A stretch of DNA of 64,000 nt, from assembly GCA_002269645.1 (NCBI GenBank), contig NIVC01000048.1, forward strand, positions 269,491 to 333,490, written 5' to 3'. Shown here piece by piece: positions 25,744 to 42,703 of this stretch. The stretch's first letter is position 1. Every line of letters begins with the position of its first letter. The notes beneath the pieces are model-generated. The model saw only the letters and a list, made by a program, of their open reading frames with translations. It had not been told where the DNA came from and ran no database searches. The translations under genes and the position numbers were made by a program. This DNA comes from Macrostomum lignano (lineage: Eukaryota).

Positions 25744-26804
25744 TGTTTCTTTAACTGCCTTGAAGCAGCAATTGAGTTTTAGATTACAGGCTCTGCTTTG
25801 GTAAAGAATGCGTGAGGTTATAATAGCAACAGATTTTTATATCTTCGCAAGGACCTAAAAGCCCTCTTTAAATACGTTGAGTTACAGCTATAAAAGCTTT
25901 TTCTTTCTAGGGAGATTCTGTCTTAAAATGGCCTAAGAAGGCTGCGATTTGTTTACTTGACAGACACCTTTAAGCAAAATGCGTTGGTTTGATTTCACAT
26001 CTGACAGCTAGCGTCAATTTGATATCGGATTTTTACTGAGGATTACTGGATTGCACACACAACTGAGTCTGTAAATTCATGCAGATCTCGCCTAAGTGCC
26101 TAAGTTTGAATTGCGACGATAGAAGTCGCTCAAACATGAGCTGCATTTACTTTTTGTAGGCGAAAAACCGATGCAATTTGACTCATATAGCAGTTCTTAT
26201 TCTGTTTCCTGTCAATCCTGTATAAAGTAACTGAAGTAATGTTAGTTGCCATGGGCTTCAAAGTAAAGCGTGCATGCAACTAATGAATACACTAGTCTAA
26301 CTGGTTTGATACCAAGATCCAGCCATAATGATAGCCTACATCCAAAATTTTGATTTCCTGTTTATTTTCATTCACTTTTTTGTAGGACTAACTTCTATGA
26401 ATACCAGATGTAGAACCTTTATAGGGCTAGTGCAGCAGCTGCATGCGTTCTGTGCATTTCTGAGACTGTACGTGTCATTCATCCGGTGGGCAGAGCAGAG
26501 CAGAGCAGCCCTTGCAGGGTTACACGCGTTACAGTTTTTTCTCGACTTCATGTTTTCCTAAAATTTAAAGGAATTAAGAATACCATTTTAACAATTTAAG
26601 TTTTTCAAATTCGAAAGAGCAAATAACCGTATATATTGTTGACTATCCAGCTTTATTACAGCTAAATTGGGAAATTCGACTCAAAATTTGTTCTTTACTA
26701 TGTTGCAGAGATGAAACAAAGAATGGAAAGTAGAGAAGCAAAGAAGTAAAAAAATTAAGTTTTGCATTTTTGAACGCTTCGAAGGAATATCAATTCAGTC
26801 CTGA

Positions 26805-27256
26805 AGCCAATTGCATTGCATTGGTAATAACAAGTGCTGCACTGTCTCGCTTGCAAATTATTCGTGCAGGTCAGACAGACTGGCATCTTCCATTACCTTG
26901 CAATCACATTATCCGAAGCAGCATCCGGCTGATGAGCATTCCACAGAGTTGGGTCAATGCTGATGTTGCAGCCGACCCAGTACCAGCTGCCCAGAGACTC
27001 CGCACTGCCTGCTGGCTGGAGGCCTCTGAGCCAGATCGACTGTCCAGAGCTGTAGTTCGAGTAGATGGAGTCCACGTGGCTCATCTCCTGCTCGCTGGTC
27101 ACGTCGGCCATGATGACCAGACCGCTCTCTGACTCGCACTTCTGCCTGCTCGGCCACCACGTCCCGATGCCAGAGTACAGCCTGTACTTCACTCCGCACA
27201 GGTCCATGCCGTAGCCAGACGGACACATTTGACTAACACCTGGCCTCTTCTGGTGC
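26805..27256 (-). pseudogene. C-type lectin pseudogene (QPD variant)
   Basis: CPSGYGMDLCGVKY..WNAHQPDAASDNVIAR* followed by a frameshifted SLSDLHE* remnant; the 5' part is deleted or degraded. Confidence 0.85.
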
Positions 27257-27888
27257 ATTGCTTTTAAAGACTGAATGGCAGCTGTATATCTTACAAATCT
27301 GCAAAAAGTTCCTTGTGATAAGCGATAAATTTTTATTCAATCAACTTTCAAACCACGCGTTTGTCAAGGGAGTTACTGCAAGAGCAACGTGTGGTCAATC
27401 CCCATCGTCACAGCGATCAGGTTCCCTGCACTTTTCCCTACGACGCACGAGACCTTCAATTCATAGTTGCACCGCAACTAAGGAAAAATGGACCTGAGAG
27501 ACCAGGATTCAGTGTGGAAGGCAATTGCCACCTGCATCAATGTTTCGGTGTTTCAGATATTGTCGTGTCTCTAAATAAACAAAATTACTGACCGAACACA
27601 ACTTTCTGAATTGCAATTGTTATAAAAAGTAGAATGTTTTATATTTTGTTGCCAGTTTATTGTTTACCTGTGGTGGGCTGTCATTTTAGGGCGCAGTCAG
27701 GGTTCGCGGATATTGTTAACAAAAGCTTTGTGTTAAATACGGTTAGGTTCCGTGCTTAACAATACTTCAGTGTGCATCGTACTTTGTTGTACATGTAGGT
27801 AACTTTTATGAGTTCGAATTTGAGTTCATAACCACACAAGAAAAATCCGATGCTGTTTGAATTCCACTGTCACCTTCAGTCTGAGGGT

Positions 27889-30880
27889 TCAATCAAGCTT
27901 TGAAGCTGGAGTGGCTTTCTGGACTCCAGCAGCTGACGCGCTATCACTGGCAGATGCAGCTTGATGGAGCGGATCTTTGCCAGTTGATTCGGTCCCAGGT
28001 ACCTCGCTGCTGCTCTGCTTCTTTCCATGCGGAGACTGCTGCTCTGCGGCTCTCGGGCCATCCAACGAGTCACCCTGACCGCGGCCTCCCGTGTGTACAG
28101 GCTCCGGCTTGCACCTGGCAAAGGGGCCATTGGGGTGCTCTCTTACGTTAGTGAGTGGACGACAAGAATGAAAAAAATACAATGTGAGCATGCAGTTTCG
28201 CTCTCCCGCCGCGACCTCTGGTTTGATTCCGCATTTATTTGAGGCTTCTGCTCGATAATTCACAGCCATGAGGACCAACCCCCAAAGGCACAGAAAGTGT
28301 ACATGACTGACGATGAGACGGCGAGGAAGCAAGCCTTGAACCAGTGAACCAGCACAGAACACAAACTCGAACAAAATAACATACTTGAACTCAACGTGAT
28401 GCTCTTTCCGTTTCCGCTGACAGACGGGCCTGTTGCACCACAGCACCGGGGTCGGGCAGGTGCAAAACACGTAGTGCTTCCCTGGCAGCCTTGATCCCAC
28501 ATTGAGCGGCCAGTAGCAGACGCTGCAGCGGAAGCAGCTGCTGTCACAGACAGCGCTACTCGCTGGAACAACGCGCGGCTTGGTGCCGCTGGCCTGCACC
28601 CGACAGCTTGGGCGGTTCATTCGATTTGCGGCATCCCGCTGAAGCGGCAGGATGCGCCGCTTTGGTCGAGGGTGGCCGCGGCAGCGCAGCACTCGGCGCC
28701 GGTCAGGACTGCGACGGATTTGGCACAGAACATTTAGAAGTACTTCGGACAGGGAACTAATATACCATATTATGCATTGCAAAATTCAAATGTTCACTAG
28801 GACACTATGTTCATTCAATGTTCATTAAATGTTCACTAGGACACAAAGGTTGTAGCCTAGTGGTTAGAGAGACTATACTCACGACTTGAAGGTGGAGGGT
28901 TCGATTCCCGATCCCACTGAAACAATTTGTGTCCTTGAGCAAGACACTCAACTCTGCTTTGCTTCAGTTTACCCAGCTATAATTGGTGCCAGCATTAGCT
29001 GGGGTAATTGAGGGTGTGTGTGGCGACCCCCCAGTCTTTGGACTGAACAGCCGTACGCAGCCTTCAGATGCGCCGCGCAATACATGTACATGTAGCTGCC
29101 GGCTGAGCTTTCGGCTGCACATTTGGCTAATTGGGGCAGGAGTAATCAATTATTAACTACTAATTAGTAGTGTTATGTCACCTCAAACCTGTTGAATTTA
29201 CTCGTCATTTTAAGTACGTCCTCATTTTTTAAACCTAGTGTCAACTTAGGGCCGTGTCACCTAAAACTAGGTTCGAACTTTGATTGTGATTTCTATTACG
29301 TTCTGTCGCCTAAATGTAGCTAATTTTAAAATGCGTCCATTGCCTGAAATCTGATTTCAAATCGTGTCCCGTCACCCGTTACCCTACGAAAGGGTGTCCA
29401 GAAAGCGTTTGACCCTGGGGCTCATACTGTAAAGCTAATTTAATGCTGCATCATTGGCACCCACAATGCGATACATGTTCAGCCATAAATTTTGACCTGA
29501 GTGTCAAATGAAAGCTGAATTGTGTACCACTTTAAGGTGGAACCATAGGATGTAGCACTAGTTTTCCGAAGTGTCAATACTTTCTGGACACCTATCGTGA
29601 ATTTTGACACGTTAAATAACCTGCCACTCACGTTATCCGTCTGTCAACATTTATCGCGATATTGTGACCATCAGTCGTGGCCCGGCGACCGTCGCCTTCG
29701 GCACTCGTATTTCTTTGCGTAAGCCATCGAGCCCTCCGCTTGCCCAAATTCTCGACCACCTTGGGTCGCCAGGCTTTGCCGCGCGGCTCTCCGTAGTGCT
29801 GGATGCACAGGTAGCACAGAACGTAGCCGCCGATGCACACCAGTCGTTTGTTAGCGGCTTGGCCCGTCAGGCCGCACCGGGAGCAGCTGGAGCAGCCGCC
29901 GCACACCACTGTGCCGTCACAGATCTCGGTGTGCCAGTCCTCGCCGAGGTGGATTGGTTCGCCGCACCAGCAGGACAGCAGGCGGCGCGGGACAGCATCG
30001 GGGTTGTCGGTGAAATAGTTCACCGAGTTGTAGCTGCGGAATTGGTTTGGGAGCTGTCGTGTTTGACAAGGTTTCTTTGTTCCGTCTCAAAAAGTTGGTT
30101 TTATTTTCATATCAATTAATGTGGACACCCTGGGAAGCGCGGTAGCCCAGTGGTCCAGCGTGGCGCTTTGATGGCGCCAGCGGCCCAGGCTCGATTCCAA
30201 TTGCCAGTCACATTGATTTGAGGCTGAATTGAAATCTCGGCTTGACTCTGCTCGTGCAATTTATGGCCTTGAGGGCCAACCCCCAAGTGGCACAGTGAAG
30301 TGTACATGCCTAACCATAAATACTAAGTAAAGTAGGGGCCTGTGTGAGTGTGTGCCTGTGCGTATGACTGCCCAGGGGAGCCAGCGAAATGTCTCGAGTA
30401 AGTCCTCTCGCGGTTGTGTGTGACAATGTCGATTAAAATGCGCCGTAATTAAACCCCCTTCCGGAAAAAAGTACAACTTTGATACAGAAAATGGAATGAA
30501 AACCCAGTTTTTAGTCTTGGAAAAAGATTAATTGTCAGCAATACCATGATGCACATTTTCTCGCAATATGAACTGTATGTATGTCTTTTGGATAGGCTAT
30601 TTACGGCTTACTAATCCACCTAATGCGAAGCTAAACTAACTTAAAATTCTTTACAAGTCAAATTGCAGACTCACCAGATCTGACTTGATGCGCCATCAGG
30701 CTGCTCCAGCTGAGGCGCAGGGGCTGGACAGTAAGTTGCCACATTTCGCTGCTGCAACGCACTCTGCGGCAGATGATGCTGCTGGTGCTTTGTTGAGCTG
30801 CCACTCTCTAGTGGGTACAGCGGCAAAGGCGGCTGCTCGTCTAGAATCTTCACCATTGGTCGATTCGAGCCCTTGACCAT
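27889..30880 (-). CDS. Uncharacterised ~410-aa protein with two degenerate LIM-like zinc-finger regions; 4 exons: 30880-30675, 30033-29632, 28756-28385, 28141-27889
   Basis: gccATGG start. Donors GTGAGT, GTGAGT and GTATGT; acceptors ccgcag, tattag and cgtaag (with an actaac branch-like site). All junctions are phase 2 and the total of 1233 nt is open. Motifs CWCGEPI..WHTEIC..CGGC..CSRC..CYLC and CFRCSVCYWPL..YVFC. Confidence 0.62.
28848..29166 (+). mobile_element. tRNA-derived SINE with MIR/CORE-like domain (second copy)
   Basis: A box TAGCCTAGTGG, B box GGTTCGATTCC, core tgtgtccttgagcaagacactcaac; colinear with 18410-18731. Confidence 0.82.
29385..29600. mobile_element. Tc1/mariner-like MITE
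   Basis: Inverted termini tacgaaagggtgtccagaaag / ctttctggacacctatcgtg. Confidence 0.55.
30132..30312 (+). mobile_element. Second, degenerate tRNA-derived SINE family (related copy ~28150-28320)
   Basis: A box TAGCCCAGTGG, hairpin TGGCGC/GCGCCA and B-box-like GCTCGATTCC. The downstream block gagg.ccaacccccaa..gcacag..aagtgtacatg is shared with 28270-28310. Confidence 0.5.
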
Positions 30881-31135
30881 GGCGATGCGATGGACTGTGC
30901 AGCAGGCAGCGGTCTCAACGAAAGAAGTTGATTTATGCTCAACTAGCTACGTATGTACGTTTCAGTATCGTTTTGAAATTGATGGCTTTTAGTGTTCTCT
31001 ACTATAGCTTAGACTAAATATAGTAGACCATAGACAAAATGAAGACCAAATCCAGACTGGCTTATCCAAAAGTCATTTCGCTTAGTCTGTGTGCTTTGCA
31101 GTTCCTTGATAATCTATCTTGTCTCTTTCTCCCTT

Positions 31136-31690
31136 GAGAATCTGCCTCTCCGTCACTTCAGTCCTTGAGAATCTGCCTCTCCGTTACTTCAGTCCTTGAG
31201 AATCTGCCTCTCCGTTACTTCAGTCCTTGAGAATCTGCCTCTCCGTCACTTCAGTCCTTGAGAATCTGCCTCTCCGTTACTTCAGTCCTTGAGAATCTGC
31301 CTCTCCGTCACTTCAGTCCTTGAGAATCTGCCTCTCCGTCACTTCAGTCCTTGAGAATCTGCCTCTCCGTTACTTCAGTCCTTGAGAATTTGCCTCTCCG
31401 TTACTTCAGTCCTTGAGAATCTGCCTCTCCGTTACTTCAGTCCTTGAGAATCTGCCTCTCCGTCACTTCAGTCCTTGAGAATCTGCCTCTCCGTCACTTC
31501 AGTCCTTGAGAATCTGCCTCTCCGTTACTTCAGTCCTTGAGAATTTGCCTCTCCGTTACTTCAGTCCTTGAGAATCTGCCTCTCCGTTACTTCAGTCCTT
31601 GAGAATCTGCCTCTCCGTTACTTCAGTCCTTGAGAATCTGCCTCTCCGCTACTTCAGTCCTTGAGAATCTGCCTCTCCGTTATTTCAGTC
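31136..31690. repeat. 31-bp minisatellite (gagaatctgcctctccgttacttcagtcctt)
   Basis: About 18 near-identical copies. Confidence 0.95.
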
Positions 31691-32324
31691 CTTCGGAATC
31701 ACCGGAATCTGCCTCTACTCCATCAGTTCCTGATTAAGCAATTTTATAAAAAACAGTAAAAGTATCAAAGAATTGGAATTTTAAATTTTCTTATGAAAAT
31801 TTAGCAAGACACAACAGAAGCCGTAGTAAGTAATGCTGTTATCGCAATTTTATATTGAGTAAACTTTTGTTATTAAAATAGTTTTAAAAAGTTAGAAAAA
31901 TAGTACACGTGGGTTTTCTGACATGAAATGTTTTTTTATGAAAACAGACTATAAAAATATTGAACAAACCAACTAAAAATGTCGCGTCTCGATCTTATTG
32001 CAAACAAGACGGCTATTGCAATGAAATGCTGCAAGTTTAAAAATAATTTCATCAGAACAAAAAACAAAAAATGCACAGCTAAACTTCAAGGATTATTGCG
32101 GTTTTGCGGAAGAGTTCAAATTCGTTAGGTATGCACAGGTGTGTTATAGTGTTAGAGAAGCTATTAGTGTCTAGAGAAAAATGACAAAAGACAAAATGTG
32201 AGTGAAAATTATAGTTAAAGTTATAATAATTATAATTAATTATTTATGACTACCGGGCATTTCCACTCCGGCGTTTATCTTGGAAAGCGGAACCAACTTT
32301 TCTATGCAAGTTGTTTGATTATGC

Positions 32325-32625
32325 TCCCGGGAACGCCGGAGGGGAAATGCCGAAGGGGAAATGCCGGAGGGGTAACGCCGGGGGGTAACGCCAGAGGGGA
32401 ATGCCAGAGGGGAAATGCCGGAGGGGAATTGCCGAAGGGGGAACACCGGAGGGGGAACATCGGAGGGGAAATGCAGGAGGGTAAATGCCAGAGGGGGAAC
32501 ACCGGAGGGGAAATTCCGGAGGGGAACACCGGAAGGAGAAAATCGGAGGGGAAATGCCGGAGGGGAAACACCGGAGGGGAAATGCCGGAGGGGGAACACC
32601 AGAGGGGAAATGTCGGAGGGGGAAT
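32325..32625. repeat. G-rich ~15-bp repeat (aaatgccggagggg)
   Basis: Directly visible degenerate array. Confidence 0.85.
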
Positions 32626-32895
32626 AACCGTAAGCCATTATTTAGTTATAATTACTTTAATTAACCTACTAAATATTAATGAAAACATTTTCAATTGAAC
32701 TTTTAAACAATCATTTAGTAACGCTTATATACTACTTGAAAAGGTAAATAAAACGGTAATTATAATGCGTCAAGACTAATTAATTGATACTTGATAATAC
32801 AATAACCGGGTATAAAAAAGCGAGTTAACGAAAAAGTCGTGAGTCAGTCAGTCAGAGCTGATGAGAAAATCACAGCTCCCCCCCCCCACCGTGAA

Positions 32896-36130
<3,235 letters not shown>

Positions 36131-36297
36131 TTAAGTGGACATTCTGTTAATTCTGTTCTGTTCTGTTTTTCTAATAAAGTCTACTGTCTGTTAACTTCTA
36201 TCAAAAAGTTGCTTCGGCTATTAATAGATCAACGCCATATAATCCTATCAATTATTAACAATATTTTTGATGTACTCTTAACCAACTTGGAACAATT

Positions 36298-36415
36298 TTT
36301 GTCCTTAAGCAAGACATTAAACTCTTGCATTGCTTCAGTTCACACAGCTGTAAAATGGGGAAAATGGGGTTATAGCAGCAGCTGTAGTAATTGACGGTGT
36401 GTATAGTGACCCCCT
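36298..36415 (+). mobile_element. Truncated CORE-like SINE remnant upstream of TYMS
   Basis: gtccttaagcaagacattaaactcttgcattgcttcagttcacacagctgtaaaatgggg matches the core of 28848-29166. Confidence 0.6.
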
Positions 36416-36534
36416 AATATTTGGACTAAATAGCCATTAGATAAATACCATAGTCAGGAAGAAGGATGTACACCAGAAATTTCTGAGGTATAGTCAAGAA
36501 ATTTGGCATAAATGTTGGATCATTTTGCCTGGCA

Positions 36535-39500
36535 AACAAAATGATCCGAGACCAGCTAGCCCAGAAGACCAACAGCACCCGAATTTGCGAGCGTCTTCTG
36601 ATGGAGGACGCCGCCAGGCTGACGCTAGAGCAAGCAGTTGTCATCGCGACTACAATTGAGGATGCAGTGGAGGCTAAAAGCTCCTGCACCCGATGCAGTC
36701 GGAGCCACGAGGCTAAGGCAAAGTGTCCCCCGCACGGCAGGAAATGCAACAGTTGCAGGAAATTGAACCACTTCAGTCGATGCTGCCGCAGCAAAGCACT
36801 CCAAGTCAGCGCAGACGAGACGGTCATGATCTCTGCCGTGCATGGCAGCGACGAGATCCGAGTCGAGCTTCAGCTGGGCAACTGCTCGAAGACTGTCAGC
36901 CTGATGGTCGACTGCGGCGCCAAAGTTTCTCTGCTCAACGAGGCTACGGCAGACATCGATCATCGATCTGAAGCCATCGGCAGTGCAGCTATGAGCTTAT
37001 GGCGGGAAGAAGATCGCCGTCGCGGGGCTTTCAACAGTCGGCGTCAAGTACCACGGCCAAGTGCAACACGACTTTCACGTCACTAGGTCGGGCGAAAATA
37101 TTGTCGGCCGCGATCTGATGCAGAAGCTGGGTATCCAAGTGCGACTCCAGCCTCACGATGCTAACATCGGAATTGCCAACGTGGACATCGCCCAGCGGTC
37201 TTCGACGGATCAATCGGTCTCTGCAGAGGTGCACCAACCGAGGATCAACACGGTCGTGCCACCAGTGCAGCAGCCGCTGCGCCGCCTGCCACTCGCCAAT
37301 CAGCAATAGGTCGGCGAGGAGCTCGACCGTCTGGAGGCAGCAGGCATCATCCAGCGGGTCAACTCAAGCCCATGGATTTCTAATCTGGTCGTGGCGAACA
37401 AGAAGAATGGCAGCATTCGAGTGTGCATCGACGTGCGCAAACTAAATAAGTCGCTGATCATCGACCGACACCCAATGCCGCAGTTGGACGAGATCTCTGC
37501 AAAGATCAAGGCGGCCAGCAGCCACATGTTCTCCAAGATCGACCTCAAGGTGGGCTACATTCAGATGCAGCTACACGAGTCATCACGTGACCTGACGACC
37601 TTCATTACGCACCAGGGCTTGTACCGTTACTGCCGGGTGCCGTTTGACCTAGCGTCTGCTCCGGCGGCCTTCCAGAGGATGCTGGACAACCTGGTGGCTC
37701 ATCTGCCAGGAGTGGAGCACATCTTGGATGACTTCATCGTCTTCGGAGCAACTGAGGACGAACATGACTCGAGGCTGCAAGCTCTGCTGAAGCGACTGGA
37801 GGACGCCGGCCTCACCTCCAACAAGGACAAGTGCGAGCTACGGAAGACCGAGATAGTTTTTCGGCTTCGTCTTCTTGGCGGAGGGCATCCGGTCGTCCAA
37901 GTCTCAGACCAAGGCTTTCAACGAGCTGCGCGCGCCGACGAGCAAAGAGCTGCAGGTGTTCCTTGGATCGGCAAACTATCTGATGTGGTTCGTGCCCCAC
38001 TTTACCGAGGACACGACGCTGCTGAGGTCTCTGCTCAAGGGCGATGCCGAGTTCAAATGGACAGCTCAATGCGAGCGAGCCTTCCAGGCGCTGAAAACGG
38101 CAATCTGCAATCCGCCGGTCCTGACGCACTTCGACCCCGATGCCGGAACAATCGTCACCAGCGACGCCAGCGCCGAGTCCCTGGGCGCACAGCCGATCGA
38201 ATTCGCGGCACGCGCGCTGATAGAGATCAAGAAACGTTACTCTGCGAACGAGCGAGAGGCGCTGGCGAGCCTGTGGGCCATGGAAAAGCGGCACTACTAC
38301 CTGTTTGGGCGCCATTTCGAGCTGCGAACGGATCACCAGGCCCTGCGACAGCTGCTGCTGGGACCCAGCGACACCGGACATCGGCCGCTGCGCATTCACC
38401 GGTGGTGTGACCGATTTAAGCAGTACGACTTTTATGTGCGCTACCATACATGCGCAACTGCTGGCCGACCTGGCCACCGTAAATTGTGGTGGACCAGGGG
38501 TAAGTCGCAAAAATGCACACCCCAAAGAATACAGACGTAGTACTAATTAGATGACAAGGCATTTAGCCCTTATAAGACAGTCATAGTTACTCTTGCCGTT
38601 TACCCAAAATTGCGTTACTGTTGCTCTAGGGTTTCTTTCACAGGTAAGTCGCATTTTTGGTCAAAAAGTAAGTCGCATGGCCAGTGTAAATTAGGGGGGG
38701 GGGTTGCGCATGTATGTGCGCTACCTCCCGGGAGTCGCAACTTGTTGGCCGACATGCTGTCCAGGTGGAGCTGCAGGTCGGACATGAACGTCGTCCAATA
38801 GCCGGACACCGCGATGCCTCGACTCCGAATCATCACGCCACAGCGGCTAGCGACGGGCACAGCAGAGGACACGATACTGCGCGAAGTCATTCAGCGAGTT
38901 ACCACCGGCAACTGGAGTTCGGCCAAGGACACCAAGTTGCAGCCGTACGTAAAAGTCCGAGAGCATCTCAGAATCTGGCAAGACGGCCCCTGCCTGGCCT
39001 TCCAAGACCGCGCCATCATCCCACAGGACCTGCGCGGTGAGCTTTTGGAGTTCGCGTATGCGGGACACCCGGGGGTGGTGCGTACCAAGCAGCAGCTTCG
39101 TGAGTTTGCCTGGTGGCCGAGGATGGAAGCCGACGTCGAGACGTTTGTCAGAGACTGCGAGACTGCGGAGAAGCTTTCAAGCTGCGACCGGCTCTGCTGC
39201 AGCCCCTGCCATGGCCAGACTCGCCGTGGACAGAGATCGCCATCGACATCGTGGGTGAACTGCAGGCAGCGCCAGCATCGTTATAATTCCTACTGGTCAT
39301 CACGGATTTGCACAGTAAGTGGCCGGAGGTCTTCGCGACTTCAAGCATTACCACCGACACTGTCTGTAAGGTGCTACGCAGGCTGTCTGCGAGAAGGTCC
39401 TCACTGACAATGGACCCCAGTTCGGTGACGCCTTCACCGGTTTCCTGCGAGAGCATCCAACACCTGAAGACTTGTCCATATCGTCCAGTACAGAGCACCA

Positions 39501-40293
39501 ATGGCCAAACCAAGCGGCTCAACCGGTTCCTGATGGACAGCATTTGAGCGTCTAGAGACGACAATGTGCCGATGCAGAATGCGCTGCTGCAATTTCTCGA
39601 GAGCTACCGCAGCACGCTGCACGCCCTGACTGGCAAGAGCCCGGACGAACTGATGTTGGGTCGCCACTGGTGCACGTCCATGTTGCTACTTGCTCCAGTC
39701 AAGAACGGCACTGCTGCGAAATCTAATATCGCAAAACGCATTCAGCAGCGTCAACAGGAGACGGCAGAGTACACCAACCAACGGCGTGGAGCCCAGAAGC
39801 CAACACGACCTGGCAAGCTCGGCAGCTGGCACTCTGCGGTGCTGCAGATCGTCAAGGCAATAGGAGCAGCCTGTTGACTGGCGGACGGCAGCACCTGGAA
39901 CCAGCAACCGCTAGTGCCGACATCTCTGTGATAAAACTATGAGGCATCTGCGGCTGGCGAGTTTGATCCCCAAGAGTCCAAGAGCATGCAATACAAGATG
40001 GAGGAGGAGAGGTTCGACCATTGACTCCTGGTCCAGCCAAAGGACCACTGGCTCCGGCTTTGTGACGGTTCACTCGTCTGCGACGTCCTCTGCAGTGCTA
40101 AGGCTGGTGATCTCAATTGGAGAGGGGGAAGATATTGTTGTAACTTGACAGGTCAACTTAATAACAATATTGTTACGCTGGTATTTCTACTATAAGTATG
40201 GTATAATGTAAATGCTAACTATATTAATATTATTCTTGTCTTGTACTTATATTGCCACTTTCAGTAGAGTAGTTGATAAATTATCTGTATAAC
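36535..40293 (+). mobile_element. Decayed, 5'-truncated Ty3/gypsy (Mag-like) LTR retrotransposon
   Basis: gag IRDQL..ERLL..LTLEQAV with two CCHC knuckles; protease LMVDCGA; RT (FSKIDL, ASAPAAFQ, LDDFIV); RNase H (SDAS, EREALA, TDHQAL); integrase zinc finger (HPGVVRTK). Many frameshifts. PPT ggagagggggaaga at ~40120 is followed by a putative LTR from tgttgta (40137). Confidence 0.85.
38445..38716. mobile_element. 272-bp hAT MITE inserted in the gypsy RNase H region
   Basis: Same TIRs as 33446-35263, with an 8-bp TSD TGCGCTAC (38437-38444, 38717-38724). Removing it restores FYVRYLPGSRNLLADMLSR. Confidence 0.93.
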
Positions 40294-41270
40294 ATATTAT
40301 TGATCATGTGACATATCTAGCTCTTTAATTTATCGATCATGCATTTTTTCTAGTGTGACTAAAATATAAATAAAGCAACTGTGTGCACCTGGCACTTTAA
40401 CTTTCAACTACAACTGGAAACCTCAAGTCTTGGCTACACAACAGAAATAAATGAATGTTGCCATTTTTTAAGTGAGGGGAACTCTTTAAGTCACTGGAAC
40501 TTAGGACTCAAGCATCAACATAAATTGTCAATGCCATCTCCATGGTTGGATGATAGGGACTAAGTGAGGATGAATATTTTTACATTCCAAGGGGAGCTCT
40601 TCAACAACACATTTTTACACCAAATACACATTGAGGTTAGGATAGTGGGGGCTTAAGTTAAGAAGGCTTATTGGAAAGAAATGATAAGTAGGCCATTGCC
40701 TTTGCAGAAGATCTTGGCAAGAATTGGAGATTTTGTTACTTTAGTTACTTAAACAATATAAGAAAAAGAGAAGGGAAATAAAAGAGAGAAGGAGAAATAG
40801 AGAATGGGAAAAAAGAGAAAGGGGAGGTGGGAGGAAAGAAAAGGGCAGAAAAAAAGAATGGAAAGAAGAGAGGAAAAGGAAGAGGCTTGTCAGGAAGGTG
40901 TTTATGTGTCCAGTGTAAACCACGGGTTTTTTGCAAAATTTTAGGTATATCTTAAATATGCCAAAAATTGGAAACATAAATTACGAGAGTAATGTACACT
41001 AAAATCTCAAAATGATACAATTTTACTTTTTGAGCTGCAATAAAATTAAAGACATTTTTACATTGCAACAATCAATGACCTTTTTTTCTATTGTTATGTT
41101 TGATATTATTGTCATATACATTATAACAAAAAAAGTATTGTCTATTACACTTTTATAACAACTTGCAATTATATTACACAAAGCTTTTAGTACTTAAATT
41201 CTTTAAAATAGCACTATCACATTCAAATACTACTTTTATTTTTTTCATTTGCACTCTTATTACCTCTTAA

Positions 41271-41581
41271 CTAGGGGCATAGCCAGAGGGGGGCAAGGGA
41301 GGCCGTGGCCCCCCCTCCCCAATCACCAACTCTGGCCTTGGCACCCCCCCCCCTAAAAGAAACTGGCGCCTCCCCCCCTAAAAGAAACTGGCGCACCCCC
41401 CCCCCCCCCCTATAAGAAACTGGTGCCCCCCCCCCCCCCTAAAAGAACTGGTGCCCTCTCCCCCTTTTAAGAAACTGGCACCCCCCCCCCCTAAAAGAAA
41501 CTGGCACCCCTTCCCCTATAAGAAGCTGGCACCCCCTAACTCACGCCCCCCCCCAATCAAAATTCCTGGCTACGCCCCCAC
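41271..41581. mobile_element. MITE with TIRs ctaggggcatagccag / ctggctacgccccca and internal C-rich ~25-bp repeats
   Basis: Inverted termini are visible; the TSD was not resolved and the superfamily is uncertain. Confidence 0.65.
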
Positions 41582-42703
41582 TATCTTTTTCTTTGAAATG
41601 TTTTACCTTTTGTTATAGAAATTAGAAGATACTTGCATTTATTTTTAAATAGCTTTATATACTCTTTTTTGTATACTAAATAAAACTTTTTAGATTCAAA
41701 CATGCTAATGAACTTTAAAAGGCTAATGCATTCCAGAAAATTCTGGCATATAGGAAACTTTACTGACAATGGGCCATATATGCAATGTTTAACTATCTCT
41801 TTAAAGTGTCCACTAGGGTCAATATCTTGGCATTTTATAACACTAACAGTTATAAAAGTTTTTTTAGCTATGGATATGGATATAAATACAAATAAGCTAC
41901 AAGAAAAATTTTTGAGATATGGCTTTAGGAAAAATTCAGTTATGGCTCAACTCCATTAAAGATACTCATGATATCATAATATTAATGTTTTACTTTTGAT
42001 ACAATTTTTAAAATATAAAGCCTATGAAACATAAATCTTAACAAAAAAACTACAAACTGATATTATGAAGTGCCTCCTGTCACTAAAATGACCAACTTAC
42101 TAAATCTTTTATTTCCACCAAAGGTGAAACATGTCTGTCACAGAAGCAACATGTAGTCTAACCAAAATGATTAGGCCTAGTACTATTTGTACAATTGTAC
42201 CCAAGGCATGTATACAGTGTAGGGCCGGCCTAGCTATGCCTATATTGGCATAAACAAAAAATGTAGCTCATTTTTCCAGGTTACATACAGACTAGCTACA
42301 TTGTTCCAGACTATGGTCCATGGATTAGATATGCTATGCCTATGGCTGAGTAGTTTATGCTTGCAAATCTGCAATAAGGGCAGGTATAATAAATGAGTAT
42401 TAATATATCATTATATCTTATATTATACTATTACATGTTATTAATATATATTTATGTTTATACTCATTAAAACTAAAAAAGCTATTTTCTAAGGTCTTAC
42501 ACTAGTCAGGCTATAGTAGGCCTAGTCGTCTGTAGGTTGATCCCAGTTTTTCTTTTTGAGCTAGTAAGACATTGAGATCAGGCTTAATTGCTTGGCAAAG
42601 CAGACGAAATTTTCGAGGACAAAAAACAAAAATAACTACATTATGGGCTGTTAATCGGCGCTGTATAGGCCTAGGAATATTGCCAGGATTTATTAAATCA
42701 TGA

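Noticed and set aside
28848-30205. Possible tRNA genes at 28848, 30132 and 18731(-)
   Set aside because: A/B boxes are present but the acceptor stems and anticodon loops are not canonical, and each continues into a shared repeat body, so these are SINE heads.
40330-42480. AT-rich stretches that read like decayed coding sequence
   Set aside because: Multiple stops and no motif I can name; this cannot be supported without a database search.
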